This document shows, in pieces, positions 45,030-58,309 of a DNA stretch of 64,000 nt (the first letter of the stretch is position 1; the number at the start of each line of letters is the position of its first letter). Source of the DNA: Ruditapes philippinarum (Eukaryota); NCBI RefSeq assembly GCF_026571515.1, contig NW_026859066.1, positions 62,001 to 126,000 of the forward strand. The letters run 5' to 3'. The translations under genes were made by a program, and so were the position numbers. The notes below the pieces were generated by a model that saw only the letters and a list, made by a program, of their open reading frames with translations, had not been told where the DNA came from and did no database searches.

Positions 45030-48000
45030 ATGGCAAGTAATGTAACCAGCAACGAAGCTGAAGTGAATATGAATAATAATTCAAGAGGGCACGAGCTGCA
45101 CTAATTCCGTTGTAACATGTAGCTCGACAGCCTCACGCAAGCGGAGGGCAGAACTGCGCCTCCGTCAGCTGAAAGAAAAACAAGAAACAGAGCGCAGAAG
45201 CGAGGAGGTTCGCCGGGAGCTCGAACTGCAGTCGGCCCGGCACGAGCTAGAACTAGCTGAGATGGAGGAAGAAGATTCCGACGATAGTGGAGTGCTATCC
45301 TTACCTGACGAGCCAGCAACATATGTTCGAGTTGAAAATTACGTGAAGGACTTACCTGACAATACAATTAGTGAAAATCTTTATGATAATATACCATCAA
45401 GACAAATTTATTCTCAAAACGTTTATGGTTTACCTAAACCGGAGTTAATTAAATTTAGTGGGAATCCTGCTGATTATTGTAAATTCATCAGCAATTTTGA
45501 AACCAATATCGAGCCTAGGGTTAGTGACAATAGATTAAAATTAAATTATTTAATTCAATTGTGTCAGGGTGAAGCACAATATTGTATCGAAGATTGTGTA
45601 ATTTTGTCTCCGGACGAAGGCTATTTAAGGGCTAAAGAAATCCTTAAATCTAGGTACGGTAAACCACATTTAGTGGCCCGGTCCCATGTAGATAGTTTAG
45701 TAAATGGCAGTGCCATAAAAAATAATGACGTAAAGGGTCTAATGAACCTGTCACTCCATATGGAGAAATGTCATATGACCTTGACACAGCTAGGTTTTAT
45801 GTCCGATGTGAATAATACGGAAAACCTACGCAAAATAGTTAGGAGACTTCCACTTCACATTCGGTCCCAGTGGGTCGAACGTGCAAGTAGCCTGATAGAG
45901 CAGGGGCTCGAACCAAATTTTAACCATCTTCTAACCTTTGTGAGGGAACGGTCAATTGTAGCCAATACAATGTATGGTTATGACCTTGCGAATGAGTCAA
46001 AACAAACAGTGAATTCGCAAAGAAATTCCCACATAAACCCTCCTCAGCGTAATAAAGTAGTTACACTGTCCACTGGCTCTGATAAGAGAAATTTAGGTAA
46101 ATCTCCCTTAAAGAAATCCGCTAGGGGACGATTATCATGTATTTATTGTAAAAAGGCCCATAAATTAAGGGCATGCGCAGAGTTTCGCTCCATTGATATT
46201 GATTCAAAGCTGAGAGTTATCAGAGAGCATGAAATGTGCGAAAACTGTTTGTATTTCAAACATGTTGCCGAAAATTGTAGGCAAAATAGTTTTTGTGAGG
46301 TTTCAGGTTCTACCGGGAAACATAATACAATGTTTCACCGAGATTCTAGTAAAATCGACAAATTTACAAATGTTGAGGATAAATATGTTGCGGCTTCCGA
46401 ATCGAGGTGTAAACAAAACAAGGTAAGTTTACGCATAGTTCCTGTCGTCGTCGGAACGAAAACTATGCAAGTAGAAACGTACGCTCTCCTTGATGAAGGG
46501 AGCGATGTAACGCTTTGTAGCGAAAGCCTTGTAAAAAGGCTTGGGGTTAAAAGTAAACCATGTAAGTTCACGTTAACTACAGTGAACAAGTCTGGTCATA
46601 ATATAAATGGCAAGGAAGTTAAACTACAGGTAAGTGCATTAAATGACGGTCAGGTCATTGACCTTCAAAAGGTATGGTCTGTAAAAACCCTGCCTATATC
46701 CTTGCAGTCGTTGCCAGACCAGTCTGTGACAGGTAAGTGGAAACACCTTAATGGTACAATTTACCGAAGATTGATGTAAACAAAGTTGAGTTGCTTGTGG
46801 GAAGCGACACCCCAGACGCATTCTGGGTAGAAGAGCAGCGAAGGGGGAATAAAGGTGAGCCCTATGCAATTATGTCAATATTAGGCTGGAGTATTATAGG
46901 ACCCACATGTAATGGATCGTCAAATGATCAAGGTAGTATCAATTTTCAGTTTGCATCTAGTACACAGTTGCAAATCGATAAGTTATGGGCAACCGACTTC
47001 CCAGATGTCAAGAGCTGTGGCACAGGAATGTCACAGGAAGACTGTCGTGCACTTTCAGTAATGAAAGGTACAGTAGTAAAGGAAAACGGTCATTACGAAT
47101 TGGGACTCCCGTGGAGAAACCAAGACGTAAGTCTTCCAAGTAATGTGAAGATGGCTACGGTAAGATTATCTCACTTGAAGCGAAAACTTCAAAGAGATAA
47201 TAAGTTATTTGATATGTATAAAGAAACGGTGAATGGGTATATTGATAAGGGTTATGCTTCCTTATTAGAAACCAGGACGGGATTCGAACCCGGACGTATT
47301 TGGTATTCACCTCATCATCCAGTTCTTAACCCAAAGAAGCCGGGTAAGGTAAGAGTTGTCTTTGACTGTGCTGCTAAGTATCAAGGCACATCATTGAATG
47401 ACAATCTGTTACAAGGTCCCGACCTAACTAACAGTATTACTGACGTACTTATGCGATTCCGGCAGGCCCCATTGGTTGCGGACATAGAAGCCATGTTCCA
47501 CCAGGTAAGAGTATGTGAGCATGATAGGGATTCTTTAAGATTCCTTTGGTGGCCTCAAGGTAACTTGAACAAGGAACCAAAGGAGTATCGTATGAACGTC
47601 CTCTTGTTTGGTGCAACTTCGTCACCAAGTTGTGCGGCTTTCTGTTTAAAGCGCACGGCAATTGAAAATACTGATAAATTCAGTCAAGAAGCGGTAAGTA
47701 CGGTCGAACGTCATTTCTACGTTGATGACCTTCTTAAGTCAGTATTAGACTCAAGTTCGGGAATTAGACTTGCCGCAGAAATGAAAAAAACTTCTTTCTT
47801 TAGGGGGCTTCAGACTGACAAAGTGGCTCTCTATTTGTGAACATGTCATGAATTCGATCCCGGAAGCGGATCGAGCTCAGTCAAAGGAAAAAATAGACCT
47901 TGACAACGAATCGTCATGTGAGCGAACACTTGGGTTACAGTGGCATGTTAAGCATGACCATTTTGTGTTTGATGTAAATCTCCGTGACAAAGGTACGACA

Positions 48001-50323
48001 AGACGTAATATCTTGTCGGTTGCCAGTTCATTGTATGATCCGCTTGGGCTTGTTGCGCCAGTGACGTTAACACCAAAATTGATTCTACAACGTGCTTGTA
48101 GAACAAACCTAGGCTGGGACGAACAAATTCCAGATGCGGATGCTGAAAAATGGTTGCAGTGGCTAGCCAGCCTACCAGCACTATCGAAGGTAAGTATAGA
48201 TAGATGTATAATACCAGGTGAGCTCGACAGGTCAACCTTGACAGCTGAACTGCATATGTTTAGTGATTCATCTGAGTATGCCTATGGATCGAGCGTGTAC
48301 TTAAAAGTGTATGACGCGAAGGGGCTCAGTAAATGCAGTCTAGTTATAGGTAAGTCTAGGTTAGCACCTATAAAGGCTTTTTCGTTACCAAGACTCGAAC
48401 TTGCAGCAGCTGTAGTTGCTGTAAAACTGTATCAGATTGTCATAGAGGAGCTTGATGTCAAAATTACTGAAAGGTACTTTTGGACGGACTCTATGATTGT
48501 GTTAGGTTACATAAGAAATGAAACGAAAAGGTTTAAGACTTTCGTTGCAAATAGACTATCAATAATTCATGAGGTGACGTCACCACATGACTGGAGGTAT
48601 GTACCCTCAAAGCGTAACCCTGCCGACATTGCGTCAAGGGGAGTTAATCCGTAAGAAACTGAAAGGCTTGACATATGGTTGAATGGCCCCGAATTCCTTA
48701 AAAGGAATGAAGCAGAGTGGCCAGTGCAGGTAAGTAATGTAAATGAGGATGACATAGAGCTCAAACCTCAGGCTAGTGTACTAAACACTCATGGTAAGTA
48801 TAATTTAAGTATGAATACGTTACTAAGTAAGTTCTCCGACTGGCATAAACTTCAAAATGCAGTCGCTTGGCTACTACGTTTTAAGTGTTTCTTAAGTGAG
48901 AAATACTTACCCCAAAGACGAAGTCTTTACAGTAAGGTAAGTAGCAAACCCCTAAGTGTGTGGGAAATTAAAATGGCACAAACAGCCATCTTTAAATTAG
49001 TTCAAACGGAGGCGTTTGAAAATGAAATAAGTGAATTAAAGGCTAAGAGGCCAGTTCCGAGTTCGAGCCCTCTGAAAAGGCTATGTCCTATATTGAAGGA
49101 TAATGTAATGCGAGTCGGCGGACGACTAGCAATGTCCGACCTACACGTAGATGCTAAGCATCAAATTATCTTGCCGAGTAGCCATCACGTGACAAGAATC
49201 CTGATACAAAATTGTCATGAACAGAATGCGCACATGGGTCCAGTTCACATTCTGGCCATGTTGCGACAAAAGTATTGGATAATCCACGGTCTGCAAACAG
49301 TTAAGTCTGTTATCGGTAGGTGCATAACATGCAAACGACAGTTACAACGACCGGAATTGCAACAGATGTGCGACCTTCCAGAAGAAAGGCTCACGCCCGA
49401 TAAGGCACCGTTTACGTATGTCGGTGTCGATTATTTTGGCCCGATGACTGTGAAGTCTGGAAGACGACATCTGAAAAGATACGGCTGTATATTTACGTGC
49501 TTGACCACCAGAGCAGTGCACATTGAAATTGCTCATAGCTTAGATACGGACTCTTTCATCTGTGCACTGCAAAGGTTTTGTAAGTCGTAGAGGCCGTCCC
49601 GAAAAAATATACAGTGACAATGGGAAAAATTTTTGTATCAGGAGATAGAGTTTTGCGTGATAGCATTCGGCAATTTAATCAAACTCGACTCGCAAAAATT
49701 ATGTCAACAGCAAGAAATAAAATGGCATTTTTAATCCTCCATATGCAAGTCATATGGGCGGTATTTGGGAACGGTTAGTACGGTCCACAAAAGGGCTATA
49801 AAATCAGTCATTGGAGAACAACTTCTCAACGATGAGGCTCTGTTAACTTTAGTTACAGAGATAGAAAAGATTCTCAATGATAGACCGATTACCCAGGTAA
49901 GTAGTGATCAAAGGATCCAGAACCCTTATCCCCAAATAAAACTTTTGATTATGAGACCAAATGCTTCATTCCCACCAGGTTTATTTGATAAGCGAGATGT
50001 TTATTGTAAACGCTGGTGGCGACAGGTACAGTATCTAGCGAATGTTTTCTGGAAAAGGTGGGTTCGAGAATATCTGCCGACCTTACAGGTAAGACAAAAA
50101 TGGCATAACATTCAAAGGAATGTGTCCGTAAATGACCTCGTTCTCGTCTGCGACGAGCAATTATCTCGGGGGCAAATGGCCATTAGGCCTCGTTCTGGAA
50201 GTAAACAAAGGTAGAGACGGACTTGTAAGGTCATGTAAGGTCAAGGTAAATGGGTCCGTGAAAGTACGGCAGATTTCGATGTTATGTGTATTGGAACAGG
50301 AAATCGTCAGAATTAACGTTTAA
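45030..50323 (+). pseudogene. BEL/Pao Gag-Pol polyprotein (frameshifted; internal stop at 48652)
   Basis: KFSGNPADY (DUF1759-like gag), three Cys/His knuckles, protease LLDEGSD, RT (RVVFDC, ADIEAMF, FGATSSP, FYVDD), Pao RNase H (LYDPLG, HMFSDSSEYAYG, PRLEL), integrase (GVDYFGP, CLTTRAVHIE), C-terminal FWKRWVREYLPTLQ. Confidence 0.93.
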
Positions 50324-50517
50324 TGAGCGACCTTGTTTGCCTCGCTATAAAGACGTTACGATATTTAAAAAAGTGTATATATGTGTAACATAATCTAGAT
50401 TAGTAAAAAATTCTAGAACTTGTGAATGTTTTGATTATTACAAAACGAGTATTAAATTCTTCGTCTTCCCTTAATATATAAGAATGAACTTATGTAAAAA
50501 AGTTCATTGAGGGCCGG

Positions 50518-51597
50518 TGTTCCAGACTCCGAATGTTGGTGCTGGTTTTAATTATCAGAGACCGGTTTAAAATGTTTAGATAATTGTTTTGATTTCAATA
50601 AATCATGCCAACTATCCAGCGCAGTGTTACTTTAGTGCGCTCTGGTCCCTGCCAAGACTAAGCGTTCCCTAGTAATTAATGATCCCCATATTTAGAAAAT
50701 CAAATTTTACTTTTATTTTCTTAGAGGGCGCTTCCTGCATTTTGGTTGGTCAAAACTGTCCCTAGAAATAATAATTATATGCAAATGCAAGATTTTGCCG
50801 CCTTTCCAAGGCGCAGTTGAAAATAAGATTTCGGAATGTGCAGTACAAATCTTGTGAATTTCTATTTATTAAGTTTCGGGCACAGATACCATTGTTCAGT
50901 AAGTTTATTTTTGTTTTTATTTGCCTTCGTTCGGGAAAATTATTGTTTACATAATTTTTGTTCTAAAATAATTACATTTATTATTGTTAAGGTATATACA
51001 TTAACAATTTTATGTTAAGATAGATAAAACTGTATCCTAGTTAAAATTTTGATGTAAAAGTAAATAATCTGTAATTCTATCAATTAATAAATTTTCAACA
51101 TTACTAGCAGCAGGATTCCCACAGTATTTGTTAAGGATGAATTATATATGTGACTTGTTTATTTGTAAGTATGTATGCATTCTTTGTATGTTGTTTTAAT
51201 TGTTATTAATGGAAGTATAATTGTTTAACTTTCAGATAACCGCTATATACGCTATATACGCTATATACGCTATATACGTTAGATACACTATATACTCCTT
51301 AGACTATGTGTTGTTTCTGGAATAAAAGTTGAAAATATAGCGCGTGAATTGCATCTTTTTGTTGCCCAAACTTAGTGAAGCTGCCCATTACGACTGTGTC
51401 GTAGTGTCTTTGTAATTTGGTGAACAGTTGAAGTGAACACCCGTATTAACGTGTTCTCTCTCAGCCACCCACGTAATCTACACTGTGTTCTTAAAGTGAT
51501 TGAACAGTATAGTTCCTACAGTTATTGAACACTGTGTTATTCTACAGTTATTGAACAGTATAGTTCCTACAGTTGTTGAACACCGTGTTATCCTACA
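50518..51597 (+). repeat. 3' LTR of the BEL/Pao element
   Basis: Preceded by GAGGGCCGG (BEL-type PPT) and followed by the TSD TCTTA. Confidence 0.93.
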
Positions 51598-52111
51598 TCT
51601 TATTTTCTCTATTTTATCGCCACATCAGCGTTGTTTGTGCCGTGTGGAGGCTGTAAAAAGTCGCCCCGTACATTCAATCAGAGATGTTATATTTCCGATC
51701 CTTAAAGATCGTTCAGCACGACATTATTGTTGTGCTTGTGGTATTTTTAGTTTTAACTTTTCGGCATTTTCTAGTTGGGTGGTTCCAATATTCCTTCTTG
51801 AATAATGTTAAATCACCCTTAGGATATGTTGCTTGCTTTTTAACTTTGTCTTTTGACGTCTTATCTGTGATATGCAGGCTTCATAACCTCTGATCCCCTT
51901 TCAAAATTCCATTTTATTTAGTTCCGCCCATTGTTTTCTCGTTTAGGGCACACGCTTTTTATTACTTGGGGACCATACGCCGCTTTTCATGGAATGGCAC
52001 GGAAGTGTCACGTTGAAGGTTCCATGATGACCGCCGTATGAACACATCTGCGGATGTTTCGAAATTAAAAATTTATCATTTCATGTTTAAATGTTGAATT
52101 CTGCTTAAGCC

Positions 52112-52360
52112 GGTGCTAGGGGGCGTGGACGGTAACTTGCACTTTCCAGTACCGTCCATGAACAAGCTCAATCAAACCGAGCCTGCAACATTTTCAATTA
52201 TGTTGTGTTGGACTTTCTTTAGGGATTCTTATTTTCTCTATTTCATCGCCACATCAGCGTTGTTTGTGTCGTGTGGAGGCTGTAAAAAGTCGCCCCGTAC
52301 ATTCAATCAGAGATGTTATATTTCCTATCCTTAAAGATCGTTCAGCACGACATTATTGTT
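52112..52360 (+). repeat. Uninterrupted second copy of the sequence the BEL element inserted into
   Basis: Matches 43735-43854 joined to 51603-~51732 with a single TCTTA (GGGATTCTTATTTTCTCTA). Confidence 0.9.
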
Positions 52361-53657
52361 GGCTACAGTAATAATAATAATAATAAAAGTACAAATATAT
52401 CTTTCAAGTTTGTCATCTCCTTATGGTGAGAAAAAAAGAGCGTTTAGTTACAGTTGAATAACATCAATGGAAATCATATACACATGTACATAATTAATTA
52501 TACAGTGATTAATTTTAGATGTGCGACCTGCGTAAAATATGTAAAAAAAATAGAAAAGAAGCAGTTTTAGAAATATGTGGGTCTCATTTGACGCATGCAA
52601 ATCTGGTTGTTTATAATCCAAAATATCACAGTTATTGATTTCTATGTACCGTTTTATTAGTTTAATTTCATCAGTTGAAGAATTTATCAATTTCATCATT
52701 TGAATAATTTAATTTCAGATGATCATAGGCACAAGACTCACCCCCTATTTGCCGAAAGCAAGTGTTGCTTGTGATCGGTAACCGCCCATTATCTGCATTA
52801 GCCAATCAGAGTGTCCCTTTTGCATGACAGCAAATCAATCATCCGCCTACAATTGTGAAATATCAAACGAAATGTTTCAATAAATGCTTGAGATATATTT
52901 TGTCCACACAAAAACTCATAATATCCATTCTAAATATGTAAATATTAACAGTTGCTTAATATCTGAAGCGGACAATGTAAAAATAAAACAAGATTCATCT
53001 CATGGTAAATAACATAATTATATTGGGCTGGTGATTGTCGGCATGCCTTTTTGATGAGATAAAAGGTGTGTTGGGTTTTTTGAACTTTGTCAAAATAACC
53101 TTTTTAAAATGTAAACGTCATGATGTGAAAAGTGGTTTAATTTTCACTTAGCCTACTGCACATGTCTGAGTGTTTTGGTTTTTTTATCTGGAATGATACA
53201 AATAGCAAAGGTAATATTTAAACGTAATTTAAATAATTATATGCTCAATAATATTGATGAGTAATCAAAAAAATTTATAACAGAATTAGAATGGATGCTC
53301 TTTAATTAAAAATAAAACTCGACAAAGATGTTTATAAATATTAAAAAAATTGTTTGAAAAATGTAAATTATGAAAAAATCGAAAAAAAAAAGAAAAAAAA
53401 ACAACAGTCATTTAACCTTTATGCATGTCTCTAAGTGTTTCAACATTGTCTACTGAAGATAATAAACAGCTGTCTCGCAAACTGATTTCTGTATTGCTCT
53501 TCAGTTTTGCAAACCATATAGTCTAGCATCTTAATTGCCTGGCAAAATACAGCCCTAGTATGTAGGAAAGAAACCTCTTCCTTATCCCATTAATGCAGTG
53601 GTTGCAGTGCTTGGATTTTGAATATAATCTTGAGCATTTTATCAAACTGCACTAAAT

Positions 53658-53697
53658 CAGGGTCTTTCAAATAGAAAATTCTATTTGAAAGACCCTG
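53658..53697. mobile_element. 40-bp perfect palindrome with a 7-bp TSD (minimal TIR element)
   Basis: CAGGGTCTTTCAAATAGAA-AA-TTCTATTTGAAAGACCCTG flanked by ACTAAAT on both sides. Confidence 0.75.
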
Positions 53698-54856
53698 ACT
53701 AAATCAAATATCTTTTAACGTCTGGTGGGTTTTGTATTTATAAAATATCTATAAGATAAAATAAAAACACAATTATATGTATACATATGAAAATGACGAC
53801 TGTAAAAAAATTCCAATAAAATGTGATTTTTGCGACGGACGCGCCCTCATGCGCGTTCAGAGCTATGTCATCTACACATGGAATTTCGACATCTACAATA
53901 GAAAAAGTGTCCCGAACCGAATAACATCTAAGAAATAGTGCACGATTTAATCATTTAAAGCACACCCATTATGTCGAAATATGCGAAAAGCGTCTATGTT
54001 CCAGTTTGATTGCAAAGACCGTTAGTTATCCGACTTAAAAGATAAACAAATGAATATCATATAAACGAGAAAATATCGTAATAATTGCACCACTTTGACC
54101 TTATTTGTCCAATCCGATTTACAGCCAAACACGGTTTTATGAATGAAAGTCGTAAGCAGGAAAAGTAGAACGACAAGTTATATAGAAAATAGTAATAGTT
54201 CATTTTAATGTAGAGCAAAAATGTTAGTAAAAACATTAGGAAGTAACTATTATGTGAAAAATATGTGCCAAAATATCTTTTTGTGGTGCCTGAAATAATT
54301 TTCTAAATAACTATTCCTCCGCTTAGAAGCACTATTTTTATCAATGAGATTGTACAGACACGTCACTCCTCAGACATTTTAACTTTGGCCATTTTGCAGA
54401 CACTTAACCTTCAGACACTCATATTTTTAAGAAATTTGATTGAGACACATTTTCAATTTTTATTTTTTTCTGTTGAACGATAAATAATGTTAGAAACGAT
54501 AAAAATATTCAATATTGAAGTATCTTGAGGGTCGGGTGTGGCTTGAATTGTCCGGGGGATTAGTGTCTTTTTCCCATTAATCTGACCTAGTTTATCGACG
54601 ATCATATCAAGCATCAAACTGCAGTATTTTCATGTAAAATGTGTTTAGATATTAATTTCCTTCATTTGCAAAAAATGTGTAAATTATGCGATTACGCATA
54701 TTATGTTAATTAAAGCAACTAAAAATAGTGTATACGTGTAGAAGTTCGTTCTACGGTAAATGTTACGACCGAGTTATATCCCTTTACTTTCGAAAAACCT
54801 AGCTTAACACCGGATTCCGGCACGTTACGGATTTAGCTGCGGGAAATTTACACTAA

Positions 54857-57800
54857 TAGTGGGGCGGGAAATAAGGTATCTGCTTTCAAAATAGATCAAA
54901 TTGTGATACAAGCATTAAATTTTCAGGAAATCATCTTTTGACCATGTAGATTTCAAAAGTGATGTGGGCCCAAAAATATCTCTGCTCATTCAAGATGGCC
55001 GTTATTTTCAAAATGGCCGCCAAATAAATTTAACGTACATAATTGCTTATTCATTACAATTTTTTGTTCAGACCTGAAACTTACACCAAAGCATGCACAT
55101 AGTTTCTCCTTTTCAAAAATTTAAAACTTACAAAATTTAGCTTTTATACCTCTTCAGAATCAAAGATGGCGTCCAATATGGCCGCCAATTTTACGCAAAA
55201 CTGATATATCTCTTTTGTAGTATAATATGTTGCACAAAGTGTGCTTATTGCCATACAAAATTGTTTAAATATATTGGAAAAAATCAAATTATATATTAAC
55301 CACATTGTTAGTCAAGTTTTTAAAGTTTTTATACAAAACAAATCTTTAAAAATATCAAAGAAAAAGTACCATTTTTTGCATTTTTCTCTAACATGGTTTT
55401 CTAGGCCTATGTAAGTAACTTAGTTTCTTATAGTGTATTTAATATTCAATCAACACAATGTTTTATTGTAAAAATGAAAGAAAAACATAAATGTGAAGGT
55501 TTTATACTTAGTCAAAGTGGGTGGGGTAAATTTACCTGACAATTGTAATACAAAATAACGAAATTTGCAAAGGTAACTAATATTCATTTCTTTGCTTTGA
55601 TAATTTTTTCATGAATTCTTATGCAAATATTCACTGTATTCTTCCTTCAGTAATACAAATACAATTATTTGTATACATTCAGTTATAAAACTTGTGTGCA
55701 TGATATAAGTTCTTAATATTATTTGTTAATTGCACTGAAAGAAGACTGAATATACATCAACTAAACATATGTTAGATAAAATTATGCCTGTACATGAGTG
55801 AAATATTGTCTATTTATGAATACAATTATTTCCTGGACAATTTAGTCTTACTAAAAGCTTGTAACTGAATGATTAAAGTTATATTTACTTTCAAATCATT
55901 GTAATTAAGTATAATTGAATTAGTACTATCCATTTTTAATAACTTATGTAGACATGATATTTCCAAAAGATACAAAAATAATGGCGACTGATACATCATA
56001 ATTATTAGGTATCAATAATATCGCTTGACCTACATAGCTTATGATTTGAAATGCAAACTAAATGTATTCATACTTAATTTTCCCCATTAAACAAGAGGGA
56101 ATTGATGACCCTAGATCACTTGCCTAAGATCCACTGCTGGAAAAGGGCTATAATTATTTAATACTGAAGTACGCTAACATCATATATGGAGTATCACTTT
56201 TTTCATTATAAACTATTTGAAAAGAAACATGCCCAATACCTAGGCTCTCGGAACTCAGAACACGAAGAATAATATAACTTAATTCCAATAAGAGTCCAAG
56301 GAAACTAAGTGATTTTGGCCCTTTGCCAAAAGTTCATAATTTTATATAGTATCACAATGTGATGATATACGATATTTTTCTGCTCTGTGCACTTCTTCGG
56401 AGAGAATTTTACAACTACAATGCCTAGAGCTTAGACAGTCAACATATTACCTTGCCAAGTAGAGAAGACATCTTTTAACGTTACATAAAACGCTTTTGGA
56501 TCATGTACATGCAGAATAATAAAGCTTCTCAAAAAGCAAAATGCACAGAGCACAGGTATTAAGCATGTACCACCTTGTGTCTTTGTTAACATATTTAATG
56601 AATCATGCTTATAGAGCCACCTGGGTTCACAGACTTGTATTGGGAAACACATTAAAAACTTCTAGTGTTAAATAATAAAGGCTTGAGCTAAGATATTTGG
56701 GATGTAGCATGATATAACATGCATAAATTTGTGTGATGCTACTGCATTTGCAATGGGTATCACTTAATTTACATAGACTACTGTAATTAAATCTTGTTTT
56801 CTCTAAACCACAGTAGACCGAAGCATAGAAATTAATCGTGTATGTCATAATTGTCATTTTCACAATATTTGATTAAATCATTGACAAGATGGGGTCCTAA
56901 ATTTACCAAGCACGCAGGGGTCACTAAGTTTCATATGCCTCAATATATGAATATGGTTATTTAAGTCCTCTCGTGTGAAACAATATTTAGAAACTAGATA
57001 TTGGGCATAAATAATTAAAAGCAACCTGATACAAATATTACACAAATAATGTGTGTTCTGACGTAATTGACACGCTATATATAATCGTGTCACATACCTT
57101 TATTAAAGAATTGAGACCTTTTTCAAACAATGATCTTTGGTGAGTGATCCAGGGTCATCATTACAAAAAAAAATGAGATATGATTACTTTAAGAAATACA
57201 CGTAGTTTATATCTTAACTTATGCAAGCCAGGCCATATCATTGATATATCTGTTTCTCATCACATATATGAGGTGATGTGGCAGCAGCCTTATTTTTACT
57301 TTGTATGTTCAGACATTGAATAAAAAACACACAACATTATATCAGTTTGTTGGCTTTTAAGCTTTTTATATTATTAATAATATGAAATTGTGAAGGAGTC
57401 AAAATATGCGTTTATGGACTACCTTTGTACCTTACATTCATGTGTATGCTATTTAAAGCACGCTTAGTTGATTTTATTGTCTTCTTATTAACAATTAATA
57501 TATGATATCAAATATATTGAAACAAGAATAATTATGCAACCAAATTTAATAACTGAATGTATTCATTCATGAATGTATTATGAATAACTTCTTGCTCACC
57601 CACTTGACCCGAAGGAAGACGAAAATACTTTATCCAATAAACAGTTCTTTTAAGATGGAACATTTGTACAAGAAATAGAAATAGGCATACCTATCTATAT
57701 TTTTTGTTGTTTTTTCTTTTACAATTAACCCACCCACTTTCACAAAATATAAAACCTACAAATTTCATGTTTTTCTTACATTTTTACAATAAACGCATGT

Positions 57801-58309
57801 TATAACTGATATGCCAAATACAGTTTAAGAAATACTTTTTTTTAATTTTGTACATTAATTTAGAAAATCAAATTTGTGAAATATGCAAAAATTGGAATTT
57901 TTTCTTCATAGTTTCAAAGATATTTTTAAGACAAAACTTTTAAATGTTTACTTTTATTAAGATAAACATATAATTTGATTATCTCTGATATGTTTAAACA
58001 CTTTTTATCATAATAAACATAATTTGTGCAACAAATTATACTATAAAAATGATATAACAGTTTTTGCACAAAGTCGGCGGCCATATTGGATGCCATATTG
58101 GATTCTGGAGAGGTATGAAAGCGAAATCTTGTAAGATTTAAATTTTTGAAAAGGAGAAATTATATGTATGCTTTGGTGTAAATTTCAGGTCTGTACAAAA
58201 AATTGGAGTAAATGACCTATTATGTACGTCAAATGTATATGGCGGCCATATTGAAAATGGCGGCCATCTTGAATGAGCAGAGATATTTTCTCAATTTCCC
58301 GCCCCACTT
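54857..58309. mobile_element. Non-autonomous long-TIR DNA transposon, Academ-like
   Basis: Inverted arms ~54857-55535 and ~57720-58309 (right arm lacks ~100 bp); termini TAGTGGGGCGGGAAAT / ATTTCCCGCCCCACTT; TAA on both sides; repeated CAAGATGGC/AAAATGGCCGCC motifs; no coding capacity seen inside. The Academ call is inferred from the TAG terminus and 3-bp TSD. Confidence 0.7.

Larger units (their letters stand above)
43855..51597 (+). mobile_element. Full-length BEL/Pao LTR retrotransposon, decayed
   Basis: ~1.08-kb TG..CA LTRs (about 15 substitutions plus indels between them); 5-bp TSD TCTTA (43850-43854, 51598-51602); BEL-type polyprotein. Confidence 0.95.

Noticed and set aside
52112-52160. 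Helitron 3' end (hairpin + CTAG) on the minus strand
   Set aside because: Homology with the first copy extends past CTAG (GGTGC), the first copy has CAAG, and the flank is not the expected A/T site.
52780-52850. CCAAT-box promoter-like stretch (GCCAATCAGA)
   Set aside because: A single short motif with no linked gene start is insufficient evidence.
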